64,000 nt of DNA from Dehalococcoidia bacterium (lineage in GTDB: Bacteria > Chloroflexota > Dehalococcoidia > Lucifugimonadales > UBA1127): the NCBI GenBank assembly GCA_965249315.1, contig OZ252225.1, forward strand, positions 143,141-207,140, given 5' to 3'. The notes under the pieces were generated by a model. The model did no database searches and was not told the DNA's origin. It saw only the letters and a program-made list of their open reading frames with translations. The position numbers were made by a program, and so were the translations under genes. Positions 62,011-64,000 of this stretch are shown here, piece by piece. Position 1 is the first letter of the stretch. Each line of letters opens with the position of its first letter.

Positions 62011-62775
62011 ATGATGGCTCGTCGGTGGATCCTACTCTCCGTTATAGTCCTGCTGTTCACACACGTCATGGCCGTGGCCGTAGGCCTAGGCGTGGGGTAC
62101 GGCATCTTTGAGCCTCGAGCGAGCAAGGCGGAGGCCCAGGCCCTTGAGCAGGAACAGGAGATCGCCAGCCTTCGGATGCAGATTTTGGATAGCGACCTTC
62201 AGTTCACCGCCCTGATGGGAGAGTCGTCAGAGCGACTGCAGGTCCAGGGCACGCTGCAAACGGACTTGGATGCCATCGCACGGGAGCTGGAGCAGCAGCG
62301 GAACGCGGCAATGGAGGTAGAGGCCGAGCTGGCAAGCGTGCGCGACCGCGTCGCGGAGAAGGACGCCAGCATCAGCGAGCTTTCAGGGCACGTTGGCACC
62401 CTTAGCGAGCTCCAAACCAAAGTGGTGGCCCTCAAGGAGGAGGTAGCGCCCCTGGAGGCGCACCGTCTTCTGCTTGTAGAGGTCAGGAAGAGCACACCTG
62501 ATGCCCGAAAGGCCGCTACGGAGTACTGGCAGGGCCTCAAACGGCTTGCCGTGAAGGTAGACCCCTCGCTGGGACCCAAGGCCGACAGAGTACTGCGACT
62601 TCTACCTGTCTACTTCGATTGGATCGAGGAGTCGTTCACCACTTCATGCGACTCGGTGAGCGCCCTGATCAATACTGGAGCGGTCGACTTCGGGACCGTG
62701 GTGACGGACTTCGAAAAGGACGTCCTTCTCACGCTCATCAACCGTATGGATGCCATCGTCGCCCGGGCAGAGTAA
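62011..62775 (+). CDS. membrane-anchored coiled-coil protein, hypothetical
   Basis: An N-terminal TM helix followed by heptad-rich sequence. The start is at the ATGATG at 62011. Confidence 0.55.
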   Translation: MMARRWILLSVIVLLFTHVMAVAVGLGVGYGIFEPRASKAEAQALEQEQEIASLRMQILDSDLQFTALMGESSERLQVQGTLQTDLDAIARELEQQRNAAMEVEAELASVRDRVAEKDASISELSGHVGTLSELQTKVVALKEEVAPLEAHRLLLVEVRKSTPDARKAATEYWQGLKRLAVKVDPSLGPKADRVLRLLPVYFDWIEESFTTSCDSVSALINTGAVDFGTVVTDFEKDVLLTLINRMDAIVARAE

Positions 62776-62808
62776 TCGGGCTGCAGCAAGAATGCGAGCG
62801 GAGGCAAG

Positions 62809-64000
62809 ATGAACAGGAGAGCACTGCGGCGGCTAGTGGTCTTGGGTGGAATCATGGGCGCCCTGCTGATGGCGGGACCGCTTTGGGCGGACGATGGTTC
62901 CGAAGACGGACCGGCGGACCCCACAGTACAACCGGCGGAAATTTTCGTACCGCGCTTGGGAGACAGGCAGTCTCAGATCGCTCCGTCTCCGTTCACCCTA
63001 CTGACCCCCATCCGACGGATGCTCTCAGGGCCCCTGTGGCTGATGGCCCTGGATGCAGACGCACGGCAACCCCTCACCGGCGGTCTGTCCCATAGCGGCC
63101 TTTCGCCCCGTCCCGGATTTGCCTGGCAGAACATGAAGGAGATCTTCGTTGCGCCTCCCGTGCCGGCGACATCCGCACCCGCGGCGCCCAGCGGCCAGTT
63201 GGTGCCTTTCCGAGACCCTGCCCCCGCCTTCAGCCGGGACATCCTGGTCACCCGAGACTTCAGCAACTCGCCACTGCAGACGGAGCCCCACCTGGCGGTC
63301 AATCCCAATGACCCCGAGCACCTCATCATGGGAACCGTCGACTACAACTTTCCCAACGTCTCCGCATACGTGAGCATCGACGGGGGAGCTACCTGGGAAG
63401 GGCCGCATCAACCCCAGTTCCTGCGGGAGGACCTAGGCGCCGGCGGGGACCCCATCGTGGGGTTCGACCGGCAGGGGAACGCCTACCTCGGGTTCATCTC
63501 CATCGGCGTTGAGGAGTACACGGTGGGTCCGGCCGTGGACGCCGCCGTGGTTTCCAGCATCGCAATCTCGCGGTCCACGGACGGCGGCTTCAGCTGGGAG
63601 GAGCCCGTATCATCGGCCCGCAGCGGGTTTGAGCGGGAGCTAGCCGCCGACCAGACGGGCAGGGCCCGGGGCACGGTGTCTCTCAGCTTCCTGGACAAGC
63701 CGTGGATGGCGATAGGACCACACCCAACGAAACCGGACATCGACATCATCTACATCACGTACACAAAGTTCACCGAGCGATTCGGGCTCTTCTATTTTGG
63801 GGAACTCCCCTTCTTCGGCGTCCCAGTGGTGGACACGACGATTGAAATCGTCTGGTCGGAGGATGGAGGCCAGGGCTGGAGCGACCCGGTCAAGGTGAGC
63901 CCCACGGTCCGCCGTACCTTTGGCGACGTTCCTAACTCGGAGGACGAGGCAGCCCAGACCAACGACCCGCGCACGCAGGAGGACGAAGAAGAAGAGGACG
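62809..64000 (+). CDS. secreted BNR/Asp-box repeat (sialidase-fold) protein, 3' end outside the window
   Basis: Not in the supplied ORF track. I translated ATG 62809 (after GGAGG) through nt 64000 without a stop. Signal peptide MNRRALRRLVVLGGIMGALLMAGPLWA. Asp-boxes SIDGGATW, STDGGFSW and SEDGGQGW. Confidence 0.8.
   Translation, partial: MNRRALRRLVVLGGIMGALLMAGPLWADDGSEDGPADPTVQPAEIFVPRLGDRQSQIAPSPFTLLTPIRRMLSGPLWLMALDADARQPLTGGLSHSGLSPRPGFAWQNMKEIFVAPPVPATSAPAAPSGQLVPFRDPAPAFSRDILVTRDFSNSPLQTEPHLAVNPNDPEHLIMGTVDYNFPNVSAYVSIDGGATWEGPHQPQFLREDLGAGGDPIVGFDRQGNAYLGFISIGVEEYTVGPAVDAAVVSSIAISRSTDGGFSWEEPVSSARSGFERELAADQTGRARGTVSLSFLDKPWMAIGPHPTKPDIDIIYITYTKFTERFGLFYFGELPFFGVPVVDTTIEIVWSEDGGQGWSDPVKVSPTVRRTFGDVPNSEDEAAQTNDPRTQEDEEEED

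Noticed and set aside
1-64000. Scanned for CRISPR arrays, rRNA, tRNA, transposases/IS ends and ABC ATPase genes.
   Set aside because: No regularly spaced direct repeats were seen. No tRNA-like T-arm is present other than the tmRNA. No DDE or serine/tyrosine recombinase motifs and no Walker A plus LSGGQ ORF were seen by eye. A computational scan (tRNAscan-SE, Infernal, ISfinder) is still advisable.

Overview
High-GC bacterial chromosome segment. The gene content, monoderm-style lipoprotein signals (A-C-G-G/S-D-D-E) and a tmRNA tag reading (A)GERELALAA make me suspect Chloroflexota, but that is inference only. Coding density is high, and most long ORFs antisense to the genes below are high-GC artefacts.

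Layout:
- 1-24 kb: an accessory-looking catabolic and transport island. It holds four amidohydrolase_2 paralogs, a class I/II and a class IV aminotransferase, an S9 peptidase, an RRM RNA-binding protein and three Opp/Dpp-type SBP-permease-permease loci. Two of those loci are a tandem duplication, and none has an ATPase gene.
- 24-26.5 kb: ssrA (tmRNA), smpB and an S41 C-terminal processing protease, all on one strand.
- 26.6-41.7 kb: housekeeping genes (citrate synthase, a methyltransferase, hflX, dapL-dapF, two oxidoreductases, an HD protein coupled to miaA, pgk-apgM-tpiA, a prenyl-synthase-like gene coupled to tsaC).
- 41.7-50 kb: guaA, then a VapBC-type toxin-antitoxin pair spliced directly onto a pur cluster (purD-purE-HAD-purB-purC-DUF3105-purS).
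- 50-56.3 kb: a tightly coupled his operon (hisZ-hisG-X-hisD-hisC-hisB). X is a zinc phospholipase C / P1-nuclease-fold hydrolase.
- 56.4-64 kb: birA, an amidase, RNase P RNA (rnpB) next to a COG1579 zinc-ribbon gene, queF, and a secreted protease / coiled-coil / BNR-sialidase-like trio. The last ORF runs off the window and is missing from the supplied ORF track.

No CRISPR array, transposase, integrase, rRNA or tRNA was seen.

Best candidates for something undescribed:
- The PLC-fold hydrolase embedded in the his operon, a possible missing histidinol-phosphate phosphatase.
- The ATPase-less triple importer array wired to amidohydrolase_2 enzymes.
- Two dispersed GC-rich intergenic repeat families.

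All functional calls rest on motif recognition by eye. No database search was run.
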